A program made the position numbers and the translations under genes. Source: Eledone cirrhosa (taxonomy: Eukaryota). Taken from it: DNA of 64,000 nucleotides. Below, piece after piece: positions 14,100 through 27,707 of this stretch. Positions within the stretch are counted from its first letter, which is position 1. Every line of letters starts with the position of its first letter. The stretch lies in assembly GCA_964016885.1 (NCBI GenBank), contig OZ024740.1, forward strand, positions 230,392,001 through 230,456,000, in the 5' to 3' direction. Under the pieces are notes generated by a model. It was not told the DNA's origin. It ran no database searches and saw only the letters and a program-made list of their open reading frames with translations.

Positions 14100-17000
14100 C
14101 ATACACTACCAACACCACAACCACCACCAACGTCACAACCATCAAAACCACACCCATCAACACCACAACCATCACCACAACCAACACCACACCATAACAA
14201 CTACCACCAAACCCACAACCCACACCACAACCATCAACAACACCACCATCAACACCACGACCACCACCAACATCACTACCATCTCCACAACCATCACCAC
14301 TACCATCACCACTACCATCACCACAACCGTCACCACTACCATCACCACTACCATCAACATCACCACCATCTCCACAACCATCACCACTACCATCAAACCC
14401 ACAAACCCACACCACGACCATCAACACCACAAACATCACCACAACCATCAACACTACCATCAACACCACAACCATCACCACCACCATCACCACAACCATC
14501 ACCACAACCATCACCACAACCATCACCACAACCAACACCACAACCATCAATACCACAACCATCACCACAACCGTAAACACCACTACCATCACCACAACCA
14601 TCAACACCACAATCATCACCACAACCATCACCACAACCATCACCACAACCATCACCACAACCAACAACACAACCTTCAATACCACAACCATCACCACAAT
14701 CGTAAACACCACTACCATCACCACAACCATCAACACCACAATCATCACCACAACCATCACCACAACCATCAACACCACTACCATCAACACCACTACCATC
14801 AACACCACAACCATCACCACAACCAGCAACACCACAACCATCAACACCACTACCATCAACACCACTACCATCAACACTACTACCATCAACACCACAACCA
14901 TCAACACTACCATCAATACCACAACCATCAACACAACCATCGCCACAACCATCACCACAACCATCACGACAACCATCACCACTACCATCAATACCACAAC
15001 CATCAACACCACAACCATCACCACAACCATCATCACAACCATCACCACAACCATCATCACAACCATCACCACTACCATCAATACCACAACCATCAACACC
15101 ACAACCATCACCACAACCATCACCACAACCATCACCACAACCATCACCACAACCATCACCACTACCATCAATACCACAACCATCACCACAACCAACACCA
15201 CAACCATCACTACAACCATCAACACCACAACCATCAACACAACCATCACCAGAACCATCACCACAACCATCACCACTACCATCAATACCACAACCATCAC
15301 CACAACCAACACCACAACCATCACCACAACCATCACCACAACCATCACCACAACCAACATCACAACCATCACCACTACCATCAATACCACAACCATCACC
15401 ACAACCATCACCACAACCAACACCACAACCATCATCACAACCATCATCACAACCATCACCACTACCATCAATACCACAACCATCAACACCACAACCATCA
15501 CCACAACCATCACCACAACCAACATCACAACCATCACCACTACCATCAATACCACAACCATCATCACAACCATCACCACAACCATCACCACTACCATCAC
15601 CACAACCAACACCACAACCATCACCACAACCATCACCACTACCATCACTACTACCATCAATACCACAACCATCACCACTACCATCACCACTACCATCACC
15701 ACAACCATCACCACAACCAACATCACAAACATCACCACTACCATCAATACCACAACCATCACCACAACCATCACCACAACCATCACCACAACCATCACCA
15801 CAACCATCACCACAACCATCACCACAACCATCACCACAACCATCACCACAACCATCACCACAACCATCACCACTACCATCAATACCACTACCATCACCAC
15901 AACCAACACCACAACCATCACTACAACCATCAACACCACGACCATCAACACAACCATCACCAGAACCATCACCACAACCATCACCACTACCATCAATACC
16001 ACAACCATCACCACAACCAACACCACAACCATCACCACAACCATCACCACAACCATCACCACAACCAACATCACAACCATCACCACTACCATCAATACCA
16101 CAACCATCACCACAACCATCACCACAACCAACACCACAACCATCATCACAACCATCATCACAACCATCACCACTACCATCAATACCACAACCATCAACAC
16201 CACAACCATCACCACAACCATCACCACAACCAACATCACAACCATCACCACTACCATCAATACCACAACCATCATCACAACCATCACCACAACCATCACC
16301 ACTACCATCACAACAACCAACACCACAACCATCACCACAACCATCACCACTACCATCACTACTACCATCAATACCACAACCATCACCACTACCATCACCA
16401 CTACCATCACCACAACCATCACCACAACCAACATCACAAACATCACCACTACCATCAATACCACAACCATCACCACAACCATCACCACAACCATCACCAC
16501 AACCAACACCACAACCATCATCACAACCATCACCACTACCATCAATACCACAACCATCATCACAACCATCACCACAACCATCACCACTACCATCACCACA
16601 ACCAACACCACAACCATCACCACAACCATCACCACAACCATCACCACAACCAACATCACAACCATCACCACTACCATCACCACAACCATCAACACCACAA
16701 ACATCACCACAACCATCACCACAACCATCACCACAACCATCACCACTACCATCACCACAACCATCACCACTACCATCACCACAACCATCACCACAACCAT
16801 CACCACAACCATCACCACAACCATCACCACAACCATCAACACCACAAACATCACCACAACCATCACCACAACCATCACCACAACCATCACCACTACCATC
16901 ACCACAACCATCACCACTACCATCACCACAACCATCACCACAACCATCACCACAACCATCACCACAACCATCACCACAACCATCACCACAACCAACATCA

Positions 17001-18930
17001 CAACCATCACCACTACCATCAATACCACAACCATCCCACAACCATCACCACAACCATCACCACAACCAACACCACAACCATCATCACAACCATCATCACA
17101 ACCATCACCACAACCATCACCACAACCATCACCACAACCAACATTACAACCATCACCACTACCATCAACACCACAACCATCACCACAACCAACACCACAA
17201 CCATCATCACAACCATCATCACAACCATCACCACTACCATCAACACCACAACCATCAACACCACAACCATCACCACAACCATCACCACAACCATCACCAC
17301 AACCATCACCACAACCAACACCACTACCATCAACACCACAACCATCAACACCACAACCATCACCACAACCAACACCACAACCATCATCACAACCATCATC
17401 ACAACCATCACCACTACCATCAACACCACAACCATCACCACAACCATCACCACAACCAACACCACAACCATCATCACAACCATCATCACAACCATCACCA
17501 CTACCATCAATACCACAACCATCACCACAACCATCACCACAACCAACACCACAACCATCATCACAACCATCATCACAACCATCACCACTACCATCAACAC
17601 CACAACCATCAACACCACAACCATCATCACAACCATCATCACAACCATCACCACAACCATCACCACAACCATCACCACAACCATCACCACAACCATCACC
17701 ACAACCATCACCACAACCATCACCACTACCATCACCACAACCATCACCACAACCATCACCACTACCATCATCACAACCATCACCACAACCATCACCACAA
17801 CCAACACCACAACCATCATCACAACCATCATCACAACCATCACCACTACCATCAACACCACAACCATCACCACAACCATCACCACAACCAACACCACAAC
17901 CATCATCACAACCATCATCACAACCATCACCACTACCATCAATACCACAACCATCACCACAACCATCATCACAACCATCACCACAACCATCATCACAACC
18001 ATCATCACAACCATCACCACAACCATCACCACTACCATCACCACAACCATCATCACAACCATCACCACTACCATCAACACCACAACCATCAACACCACAA
18101 CCATCATCACAACCATCATCACAACCATCACCACAACCATCACCACAACCATCACCACAACCATCACCACAACCATCACCACAACCATCACCACAACCAT
18201 CACCACTACCATCACCACAACCATCATCACAACCATCACCACTACCATCAACACCACAACCATCAACACCACAACCATCATCACAACCATCATCACAACC
18301 ATCACCACAACCATCACCACTACCATCACCACAACCATCATCACAACCATCACCACTACCATCAACACCACAACCATCATCACAACCATCATCACAACCA
18401 TCACCACAACCATCACCACTACCATCACCACAACCATCATCACAACCATCACCACTACCATCAACACCACAACCATCAACACCACAACCATCATCACAAC
18501 CATCATCACAACCATCACCACAACCATCACCACAACCATCACCACTACCATCACCACAACCATCACCACAACCATCACCACAACCATCACCACTACCATC
18601 ACCACAACCATCACCACAACCAACACCACAACCATCACCACAACCAACACCACAACCATCATCACAACCATCATCACAACCATCACCACTACCATCAACA
18701 CTACCATCATCACAACCATCACCACAACCATCACCACTACCATCAACACCACAACCAGCAAAACCATAATCGCCACCATCACCATCATCATCACCATCAC
18801 CACCACCATCATCAGCGTCACCGCAGCTATTAGCTCCATCGCCACCATCACTGTCACAACCAGCATCACCACTACCTACATCGCCACTACCACCGTTATC
18901 ATCATCATCATCGCTACCACTACCACTACC
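14100..18930. repeat. 12-bp minisatellite (ACCATCACCACA)n with variant units
   Basis: Visible tandem array, with an internal ~710-bp duplication and a 1-bp deletion at about 17035. Confidence 0.96.
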
Positions 18931-18939
18931 TCCACTGGA

Positions 18940-20114
18940 TACATAGAAGGGTGACATATATAGATAGACAGAAGGGAGACATATATAGATAGAGAGATAG
19001 AAGGGTGACATATAGGGAGAGATAGAAGGGTGACATATATAGATAGACAGAAGGGTGACATATATAGATAGAGAGATAGAAGGGTGACATATAGGGAGAG
19101 ATAGAAGGGAGACATATATAGATAGAGAGATAGAAGGGTGACATATAGAAAGAGATAGAAGGGTGACATATATAGATAGACAGAAGGGTGACATATATAG
19201 ATAGAGAGATAGAGGGGTGACATATAGGGAGAGATAGAAGGGAGACATATATAGATAGACAGAAGGGTGACATATATAGATAGAGAGATAGAAGGGTGAC
19301 ATATAGAAAGAGATAGAAGGGAGACATATATAGATAGAGAGATAGAAGGGTGACATATATAGATAGACAGAAGGGTGACATATATAGATAAAGAGATAGA
19401 GGGGTGACATATAGGGAGAGATAGAAGGGAGACATATATAGATAGACAGAAGGGTGACATATATAGATAGAGAGATAGAAGGGTGACATATAGAAAGAGA
19501 TAGAAGGGAGACATATATAGATAGACAGAAGGGTGACATATATAGATAGAGAGATAGAAGGGTGACATATAGGGAGAGATAGAAGGGAGACATATATAGA
19601 GAGGTAGAAGGGAGACATATATAGATAGAGAGATAGAAGGGTGACATATAGAAAGAGATAGAAGTGAGACATATATAGATAGACAGAAGGGAGACATAGA
19701 TAGAGAGATAGAGGGGTGACATATATATATAGTGAGAGATAGAAAGGTGACATATATAGATAGATAGAAGGGTGACCTATATATATAGAAGGGAGACATA
19801 CATAGAGACAGATAGAAGGGTGACATATATATATAGATAGAGGGGTGTCATATATAGATAGACAGATAGAAGGGAGACATATAGAGAGAGGTAGAAGGGA
19901 GACATATATATATAGACAGAAGGGAGACATATATAGAGAGGTAGAAGGGAGACATATATATATATAGATAGAAGGGAGACATATATAGAGAGGTAGAAGG
20001 GAGACATATATATATATAGATAGAAGGGAGACATACTATATAGAGAGAGAAGGGAGACATATATAGATAGACAAATAGAAGGGTGACATACTATAGAGAG
20101 ATAGAAGGGAGACA
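18940..20114. repeat. GA-rich 24-28 bp minisatellite (AGAAGGG[T/A]GACATATATAGATAGAGAGAT)n
   Basis: Dozens of tandem units with a constant AGAAGGGWGACATAT core. Confidence 0.95.
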
Positions 20115-20199
20115 ATTTCTATTCATTTCCATCGTTTGTTATTGATTTTTCTGTGATATGTGGAATGGTGAAATGGTAAAACGGCGTTCTTCAATTTCT

Positions 20200-20242
20200 C
20201 CCCACTCTCTCCCTCTCTCTCACACACACAGACACACACACA

Positions 20243-20307
<65 letters not shown>

Positions 20308-21484
20308 ATGTATTGTCTTTTTCTTTTACTCGCACTTTTTAGTATTCTCTCTCTCTTTCTCCTCTTTCTTTTGTCATCTCTTTCACTCTCTGTCTCTCTT
20401 TCTCTCTCCCCATCCCACTCCCTTTATCTCTCCTTCTCCCCCACCCCTCTCTCTTTCATCACGTTTTCTCCATCTTAGTTTTATTTTTGTTTTCTATATA
20501 TATATATATATGTGTGTGTGTGCCCGATAAACTGACACACACACATATATACATATATATGTATATATACATATATATGATATATATATATATATGATAT
20601 ATATGATAAATATGTATGTGTGTTATATTTATATATATATATATATATTGTTATTCTTTGAGTCTAGCGAACGAACATAAGTAACTTTGCTATCTATAAA
20701 AACACACAGACAAATAAAGCTAAGCACACATATACAGACGCACAGAAAGTATCCAACACGCAAACACACACATACGCAGAAAAAGGAAGTGATCAACACA
20801 TACACGCACGCAACACATACATACACGCTCATAAACTTATACCCATATGCATATTCACACATACACTCTTACTCAGTTACACATTCACACACACTAAAAC
20901 AAACCAATACACTCACACACACATTGAAATAAGCAACCACACTCAGGCACTTACACACACACATACACACACAGAAAGGAAGCAATCATCACATCAACGC
21001 ATGCACTTACACACACACACATACACACATGCACATACACTAAATGAAAGAAAGCAGCGCTTACTTACATAGACACACTCATATATACACACACACAAAA
21101 TGTAACAAACCATATTCATACACCATATTCATACACCGACACACACATTAAATGAAAAAAATCATCACATACATACACAGATACACACACTAAATGTAAG
21201 AAACCAACACATACTTACACAGACACACATACACATACAAGCACATATTCATACTCACACATACACACACACACTAAATGAAAGAAACCAACATAGACAC
21301 ACACACACACATACACACATACAAATGAAAGAAAGCCATAAACACTCACACGCATACATACAGACACATATATATATATACACGCACACGCATACACTGA
21401 ATAAAAGAAAAACCAAAAGCAGACACATTCACACATACGCACACACTCACTCTATTTATACACACACACACACGCACACTCACT

Positions 21485-21539
<55 letters not shown>

Positions 21540-21830
21540 TCACACATACACACACATACTCACACATACACACACACATACACACACACATTCACGCACA
21601 CATACACACACACACAGATACACAGATACACACACACTCTCACTCATATACACGCGCATGTTTACACTGAATTAAAGAGAAACCAAAAACGGACACATTT
21701 ACACACATACAAATACTCACACATACAAACACATATACAAATATACACCCAAACACACATACACATTCTCCCACATATACAAACAAACACACACGCACAA
21801 ACATAGTCAATAAAGAGAAACCAACATACA
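20200..21830. repeat. (CT)n, (TA)n and degenerate (CA)n microsatellite region
   Basis: Pure (CT)n at 20245-20306 and a CA-rich degenerate satellite at 20700-21830. Confidence 0.9.
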
Positions 21831-22020
21831 CAAAGGCGAACAAAGAAGCCATTTTTAAAACATGTAAACTGATAAATGTGTTCCGGCTCTTTGCACTCTC
21901 AGTTCGAATCTCAGCAATGTTAACATTGCCTTTCTTTATTTCTGGGTCGATAAATAAAGTACCAGTCGATAGTAGAAGGATTGTTTGACCGTTGAAACAT
22001 GTTTTGTTGTAATTGTTCTG

Positions 22021-22310
22021 TCTTTTTACACTTTGAGTTCAAATCCCACCGAGGTTAATTATGCCTTTCATCTTTACAGGGTCGATAAAATAATTGTTTC
22101 TACTTTGGGCACAAGGCCAGCAATTTACCCAGTGCATTACTGGTACTTTATTTTATCGACGCCGTAAGGATGAAAGGCAAAGTCAACCTCGGCGGGATTT
22201 GAACTCAGATCGTAAAGGGGCGTAACTATGCTGGAAAGCATGGCGTCCGACTCTCTACCGATACTGCCAATGTACCTGTAACGCACTGGGATCGATTTAA
22301 TCAACATTTT
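22021..22310 (+). mobile_element. Older SINE (family A, long form) split by a younger SINE
   Basis: B box and GTCGATAAAATAA at 22021-22093; resumes as GTACCTGTAACGCACTGGGATCGATTTAATC at 22272-22310. Confidence 0.7.
22092..22271 (-). mobile_element. tRNA-derived SINE (family A, short form), nested
   Basis: Nearly identical to 12079-12265. Confidence 0.92.
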
Positions 22311-22327
22311 CTTCCTCAACCGTTGTT

Positions 22328-22975
22328 TGTCTTCTTCTTCTTCTACTTCCTGAGAGGGTCATTGGGGAGGGGGTCCTCAAACACTCCTTCCAGCAGGTTC
22401 TGTCAGAAGCAACTGTCTCCAACTAATCTGATTGGATCTCCAAGCGAAACCATCATGGATATTATCCAATCAACTTGCTCGGGGTCTATCCCTGGGTCTC
22501 CTGTCGGTTGATTGTGCCCGTAAAATATGTGACTCTGATCTCCGAGCTATGCACTCTATCAAGTAACGTTACTTCAGAGACCCTTCGGGGGGACCCTATT
22601 TTGTGATCGTATTTTTTCGGTCATTACCCAAGATTCATGACCATAGGTAAGGGTTGGCACAAATACTGAATTGGCTTTTACACCTACCTCCCTTCTTCTG
22701 GTTTCTGAATGCTGAACCTGCACCAGATCCTGTAATTATGCACTTAATTCAGCCTCCTGTCTTCCATCATTCGTGAACACGGCTCTGAGATACTTGAACA
22801 CCTCTACCTGCTTCAGTGGAACTCCATTCACATGTAGAGTGCACTGCGCAGGTTTCCTTGAGAGAACGAATGTCTCAGTTTTTGCAGTACTGATTTTCAT
22901 TCCAGTCATGCAGCACTCGGCATCAAACATCTCAAGTGCAAGTCGTAGATCACCTTCTGCCGTTTGTGCTGAGTG
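22328..22975 (-). mobile_element. RTE-clade (Expander/Rex3-like) LINE, decayed 3' part of RT ORF and 3' end
   Basis: Translation EGDLRLALEMFDAECCMTGMKISTAKTETFVLSRKPAQCTLHVNGVPLKQVEVFKYL..FTNDGR matches the post-YADD RT region of RTE elements; GRP..W-type C-terminus and (AAG)n tail at 22330-22345. Confidence 0.88.
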
Positions 22976-23080
22976 GCCTGGATCTCTGGAAAGGCACCTA
23001 AGCAATGGCAATCGAGAGTGATAATCACAATTTTCAAAAAGGGAGACAAGAGAGATTGTTCCAATTACAGACTGATTTTA
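22976..23080 (+). mobile_element. Inverted RTE RT fragment
   Basis: Plus strand encodes KAPKQWQSRVIITIFKKGDKRDCSNYRLI, a conserved LINE RT motif. Confidence 0.8.
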
Positions 23081-23140
23081 CACCCGCCAGTCATGATATC
23101 ACTTCTAGCCCGGCTGCACATGTAAATCCTGATCATGAAA

Positions 23141-23312
23141 ATAATTGTTTCTACTTTAGGCACAAGGCCAGCAATTACCCAGTGCATTACTGGTACTTTA
23201 TTTTATCGACCCCGTAAGGATGAAAGGCAAAGTCAACCTCGGCGGGATTTGAACTCAGATCGTAAAGGGACGTAACTATGCTGGAAAGCATGGCGTCCGA
23301 CCCTCTACCGAT
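23141..23312 (-). mobile_element. tRNA-derived SINE (family A, short form), 5'-clipped
   Basis: Homology to other copies; ends at CTCTACCGAT. Confidence 0.9.
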
Positions 23313-23960
23313 AGAAAATAATGAACTGGAGAGATGACTGTAGGCACCCTTGGCAGAGTCCAACTCTCATATTGAATGGTTCCGATTTAGCACAATTTAT
23401 CCGAACACAACTACTCAGGCATTCGTATAGAGACATCAGGGAGAGCAATAAACTGATCATCGATCCGATACACCTGCAGAAATTTCCACAGAAGGTCCCG
23501 AGGAACGCGGTCATATGCTTTTTTCGAAGTCTACAAAACAAGAGTATACCTCTTGGCAATACTCCCAGGATTCCCAAAGAGCTGCCGCTGTGTGAACACT
23601 CGGTCCACTGTGCTACATGCGGGGCGGAAACCACACTGTTCATTGGATTCAACAATCTACCTGCATCTCTTTGCTAGACACTTAGCATAGACTTTACCGG
23701 GGAGGCTTAACAAGTAGAACCCTCTGTAATTGAACAGTCTCTCTTTAAAATTGTGATTATCACTTCCTATTTCAATTGCAGCGGCTTTGCTATATTTGAG
23801 CTCTTTAACTGCTCGTGACCTCAGTCTCCGAGAGATTAGTCACCGCTCCCAGATGCACCTCGTGTACATCAATAGATGCTCTTGTGATTGGGTTTACGAG
23901 ATCAGCAAAGTATTCTCTCCATCTCGTCACTTGCCCATCCATCACTCCACGACCCCTATT
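23313..23960 (-). mobile_element. RTE-clade LINE RT fragment (pseudogenised)
   Basis: Frameshifted translation contains RWREYF, LLSLPGKVYAKCL, EQCGFRP, CFVDFEKAYDRVPR and VGLCQGC..S..FIIF. Confidence 0.9.
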
Positions 23961-24263
23961 TCAGTAAAGGAGAACCCCAGGCGCATTCTTTATAGCAGGT
24001 GTGGCGGGGGACTTCTTTTTAAGAAAATGTTGAAACAAGATGCTTTGCAGTAGTTTATTCCGGCTCTTTACACTTTGAGTTCAAATCCCGTTGCGGTTAA
24101 CACATTTCCTAAATTAGGGGTTATGAAGTGATGGGTGGGGTTAGATCTCTTGGCAAGACCCTCGTAAACACACAACTCGCAAACAAACAAGTAAACAATC
24201 ACACGTAAACACACCAACATATGTACAAACACATTTACAGGCAACAGGCATGTATACGTATTT

Positions 24264-24680
24264 GCAGCATGGCCAATTGGTTAAAATGTTCGGTTAGCAC
24301 TCGTGAGGTTATCGGTTCGATCCCACTACATAACATCTTGTGCAAATCTCTTTTCCCAATAGACTTGTGTTGACCCAAACCTTGTGAGTTAAATTATGTT
24401 GTCAGGGGCTGTTTGGAAGTTCGTCGAAAAAAATATGCCTGTAATTCAAGGGGCCGACCTTATAATGCTGACTCTCTCTGAGAATTATCTTAAGGGGACA
24501 CGTGTCTGTCCACACATTATCGTTAACTTAGCAAGGCAGTCCGTTAATCAAACGACTGGAATACTCATCGTCGAATCCGCCGAAGATCCATTACTTTATT
24601 CCTGTAATTCAATGGACCAGCCTTGTCACACTCTGTGTCAAGCTGAATTTCCCCGAAAATTACGTGTAAGATACATGTAA
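24264..24680 (+). mobile_element. Degenerate tRNA-derived SINE(s), family B-like
   Basis: A box TGGCCAATTGG, B box GGTTCGATCCC; downstream segment resembles the tail of 53631-53968. Confidence 0.6.
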
Positions 24681-24997
24681 TTAATTTTCTGTTGATCGAA
24701 AACCAACGGATATCCATTTATTTACTCCAGACACACAGGTGCACACACAAACACACTCACATACACAGAGTATATATATATATATATATATATATACGTA
24801 CATGCACACACACACACACATATATATATATAAGTTAAAATAAGTGTTCGTTAATCACCGATACTATTGTATGCAGAATAGAGCATTCTACGAAGTACAC
24901 AAGTGAGTCTGTTTACTTCGGAGTACATTTGTAATAATGAAGTACAAGTCTTCTTTAAGGGTATGTCAATATTTATTTATAAAATTGCTCTATATTA

Positions 24998-25062
24998 TAT
25001 TTTATCTGATGAAAGCACACCATAATTTAACTTGGTGTCCTTGAAATATGTATAATGAAATA
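24998..25062 (+). ncRNA. Type I hammerhead ribozyme motif (canonical core)
   Basis: Stem I TATTTTAT/ATGAAATA; CTGATGA at 25006-25012; stem II AAGCACACCA/TGGTGTCCTT (9 of 10 pairs); GAAA at 25043-25046; short near-palindromic stem III ATATGTAT; predicted cleavage after A25054. Confidence 0.65.
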
Positions 25063-25167
25063 AATATGGTTTTATAAATATAGTTTCCATTTGTTAATAT
25101 ATCATATATATATATATATATATATTAACCCATTCTAGCGTGGAAAATGGACGTTAAACGATGATGT

Positions 25168-25204
<37 letters not shown>

Positions 25205-25205
<1 letters not shown>

Positions 25206-25722
25206 TAGCAGTGGTACCCGGCGTTGCACGGGATAAGGTATTGTGAAATATATAACCGCTTTAGCTAAGCTTAGTATTGACACAGCCACGGCTGGCAAAG
25301 AAGTAAGGGTCTGGTGGTACGTAAGTAAGCAACACTGTGGCTTAAAACGTGAGGAAGAAGTTGTGTGCACTTACCAACTGTTTGGGGAATGAGTGTGAGA
25401 TTTGTCTTGAGCAAGGGTGGCATAATAACCGGAGGCAGCAGACAGCCAGACATACAGACAGATATTATAAGGGCGCGACGTTATATGTATCTATCTATCT
25501 AAAAAGAGAAAGACTAAGAATTATAGAGAGAGATCGCTAAATCGCCTAATGCGGTCCCTAGGGCATTGAAAATTTGAAAACATTTTTGCTCAGAACACTC
25601 CCTGAAACATAAGTATCACATGTGTAAAGATTGAAAATAGTCGGTTGGGTGGTTCTCTAGTTTTAGGGATTCAAACTCTCACACACACACACACACAGAG
25701 ACATCAGTTTTATATATATAGA
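25205..25722 (-). mobile_element. Non-autonomous Helitron
   Basis: Minus strand starts A|TCTATATATATAAAA and ends CTAG|T, with a subterminal GC hairpin (25217-25232) 8 nt from the CTAG; no TSD. Confidence 0.8.
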
Positions 25723-25725
25723 TAA

Positions 25726-25912
25726 ATAATTGTTTCTACTTTTGGCACAAGGCCAGCAATTATCCCAGTGCATTACTGGTACTTTATTTTATCGACGCCG
25801 TAAGGATGAAAGGCAAAGTTAACCTCGGCGGGATTTGAACTCAGAATGGCAAGGGCCGTAACTCTTTGCGTCAAAGCATGGCGTCCGACCCTCTACCGAT
25901 ACTGCCAATCCA
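25726..25912 (-). mobile_element. tRNA-derived SINE (family A, short form)
   Basis: Full-length homology; abuts the Helitron 5' end. Confidence 0.92.
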
Positions 25913-26243
25913 CGTGTCATATTTCTTGTCGGAAGTTCATTTTAATGGAATTCAAGACACACAGATTCAATAACCTTCAAGTATATTTTGTAATAAAACC
26001 CACGAAAGTGAGAAGGGGGCGGGGGCGGTTGTTTGTGCTTTCTATGTTGGCAGTAGGTACATCATTCAACCGTGGGCCATCATTAGAGAGTATAGAAAAT
26101 TCTGACATCAAAGGTATATACATAAATGTGTGTGTCCATATGATATTTTGCTTGACGTATTGAGTTCTTTTGCTAATCGTCTATTTATAGCTCTCTACCT
26201 CTCTAATACATATAGCTATAATAACTCTCTCTCTCTCTCTCTC

Positions 26244-26328
<85 letters not shown>

Positions 26329-26330
<2 letters not shown>

Positions 26331-26493
26331 CAAAGGAAATGTGGTAAGGAACCAGATGGACCATAACGCACCAGAGTACTCAATACTTAGGGTAGTAGAG
26401 TGGGAAATAGGAAAAAGTTTGACCCTGACGGCAGAACTTAAGCCGCTTCGACGGCTATTTCAATTGAGCTCTGCCGTCGGGGTCATACTTTTT

Positions 26494-26498
<5 letters not shown>
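26329..26498 (-). mobile_element. (TA)n-embedded fold-back element, short copy of the 62238 family (putative Penelope-like pLTR)
   Basis: 78-bp tail homologous to 62238-62315, then 35-bp inverted arms 26407-26441/26464-26498 (31/35 match); (TA)n on both sides. Confidence 0.7.
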
Positions 26499-26536
<38 letters not shown>

Positions 26537-26551
26537 ATCTCTATACCTCTC

Positions 26552-26590
<39 letters not shown>

Positions 26591-26953
26591 AAAGAGGACC
26601 GTCAAATACATAAATCTGAACGCAGATATGCCTAGAACAAACGCATCATAATTATTGAATATCCCTATACACAAATAATACACTCTGAAAACAAAGCCAA
26701 CAATAAACAAAACATCCAGGGAATAAGACCATCAAATTCCAAACTCGTAACTAATACACTCATTAAAACAAATCCAATTACAAACTAAATGTCTATACAA
26801 GCAACAAGACATCCTCCATATTTCCCAATCAGTAACCCGCTCTAAATATGACTATAGTGGAGACAGACTTTTCCAAGCTGCAGCCGTCATATTTACTCAG
26901 TTTCTATATAAAAATAAACATTATATAATATTTATTATTATTTACATCGACTA

Positions 26954-27172
26954 GGTGGATTGGCAGTATCGGTAGAGGATCGGACGCCATGATTTGCAGC
27001 ATAGAGTTATGGCCCTTTATGATCTGAGTTAAAATCCCGCCGAGGTTCACTTTGCCTTTCATCCTTACGGGGTCGATAAAATAAAGTACCAGTCACACAC
27101 TGGGGTCAATTTAATCGACTTTCCCCTCCACTTAAAAAATTGCTGGCCTTGTGCCCAAAGTAGAAACAATTA
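26954..27172 (+). mobile_element. tRNA-derived SINE (family A, long form) with TSD
   Basis: Direct repeat ATTATTTACATCGACTA at 26937-26953 and 27169-27185. Confidence 0.93.
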
Positions 27173-27491
27173 TTTACATCGACTACGACCCCATTACATA
27201 ATAATCTACACCAACTAGACCCATTGACATAACTAACAGATAAAATTATTTAGACACTAGAGTGCTATCCCGCCTAACAAATCGACATCTCTGCAACCGC
27301 CTTTAGTCCAAAATAAACCCATCCTGAAACATTTAAATGGCAAATACTTATTAAATGCATTAAAAAAAACCTCAATACGAAAGCCAAATTCAGATAAAGT
27401 GTGAAAAGAAATAAACAAGGAAACTCGAAACTCCTACATTCGACTAACAATAAAAAGTCCCTAAAAATTATTGAAGTTAACCTAGGTAAAT

Positions 27492-27707
27492 TATGGTTTC
27501 AGATTTAGGCACAAGACCAGCAATTTGGGGGGAGGAAAAGTTGATTAAATCGACTCCAGTGCATTACTGGTGCTTTATTTATCGAGCCTGTAAGGATAAA
27601 AGGCAAAGCTAACCTCGGTGGGATTTGAATTTAGACCGTAAAGGAGCGTAGCTCTATGCTGAAAAGCATGGTGTCCGACGCTTTACCGATACTGCCAATC
27701 TACCACC
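27492..27707 (-). mobile_element. tRNA-derived SINE (family A, long form) with TSD
   Basis: Flanked by ACCTAGGTAAATTAT (27480-27494) and ACCTATGTAAATTAT (27710-27724). Confidence 0.88.

Noticed and set aside
13978-18954. 1658-aa His/Thr-rich ORF as a histidine-rich structural protein
   Set aside because: It is entirely a 12-bp satellite, switches composition at a 1-bp indel, overlapping frames are equally open, and it has no signal peptide.
1-19000. Telomeric or subtelomeric repeat interpretation of the C-rich strand bias
   Set aside because: No TTAGGG/CCCTAA arrays; the units are ACC/ATC/AAC triplet derivatives and an opposite-orientation array lies nearby.
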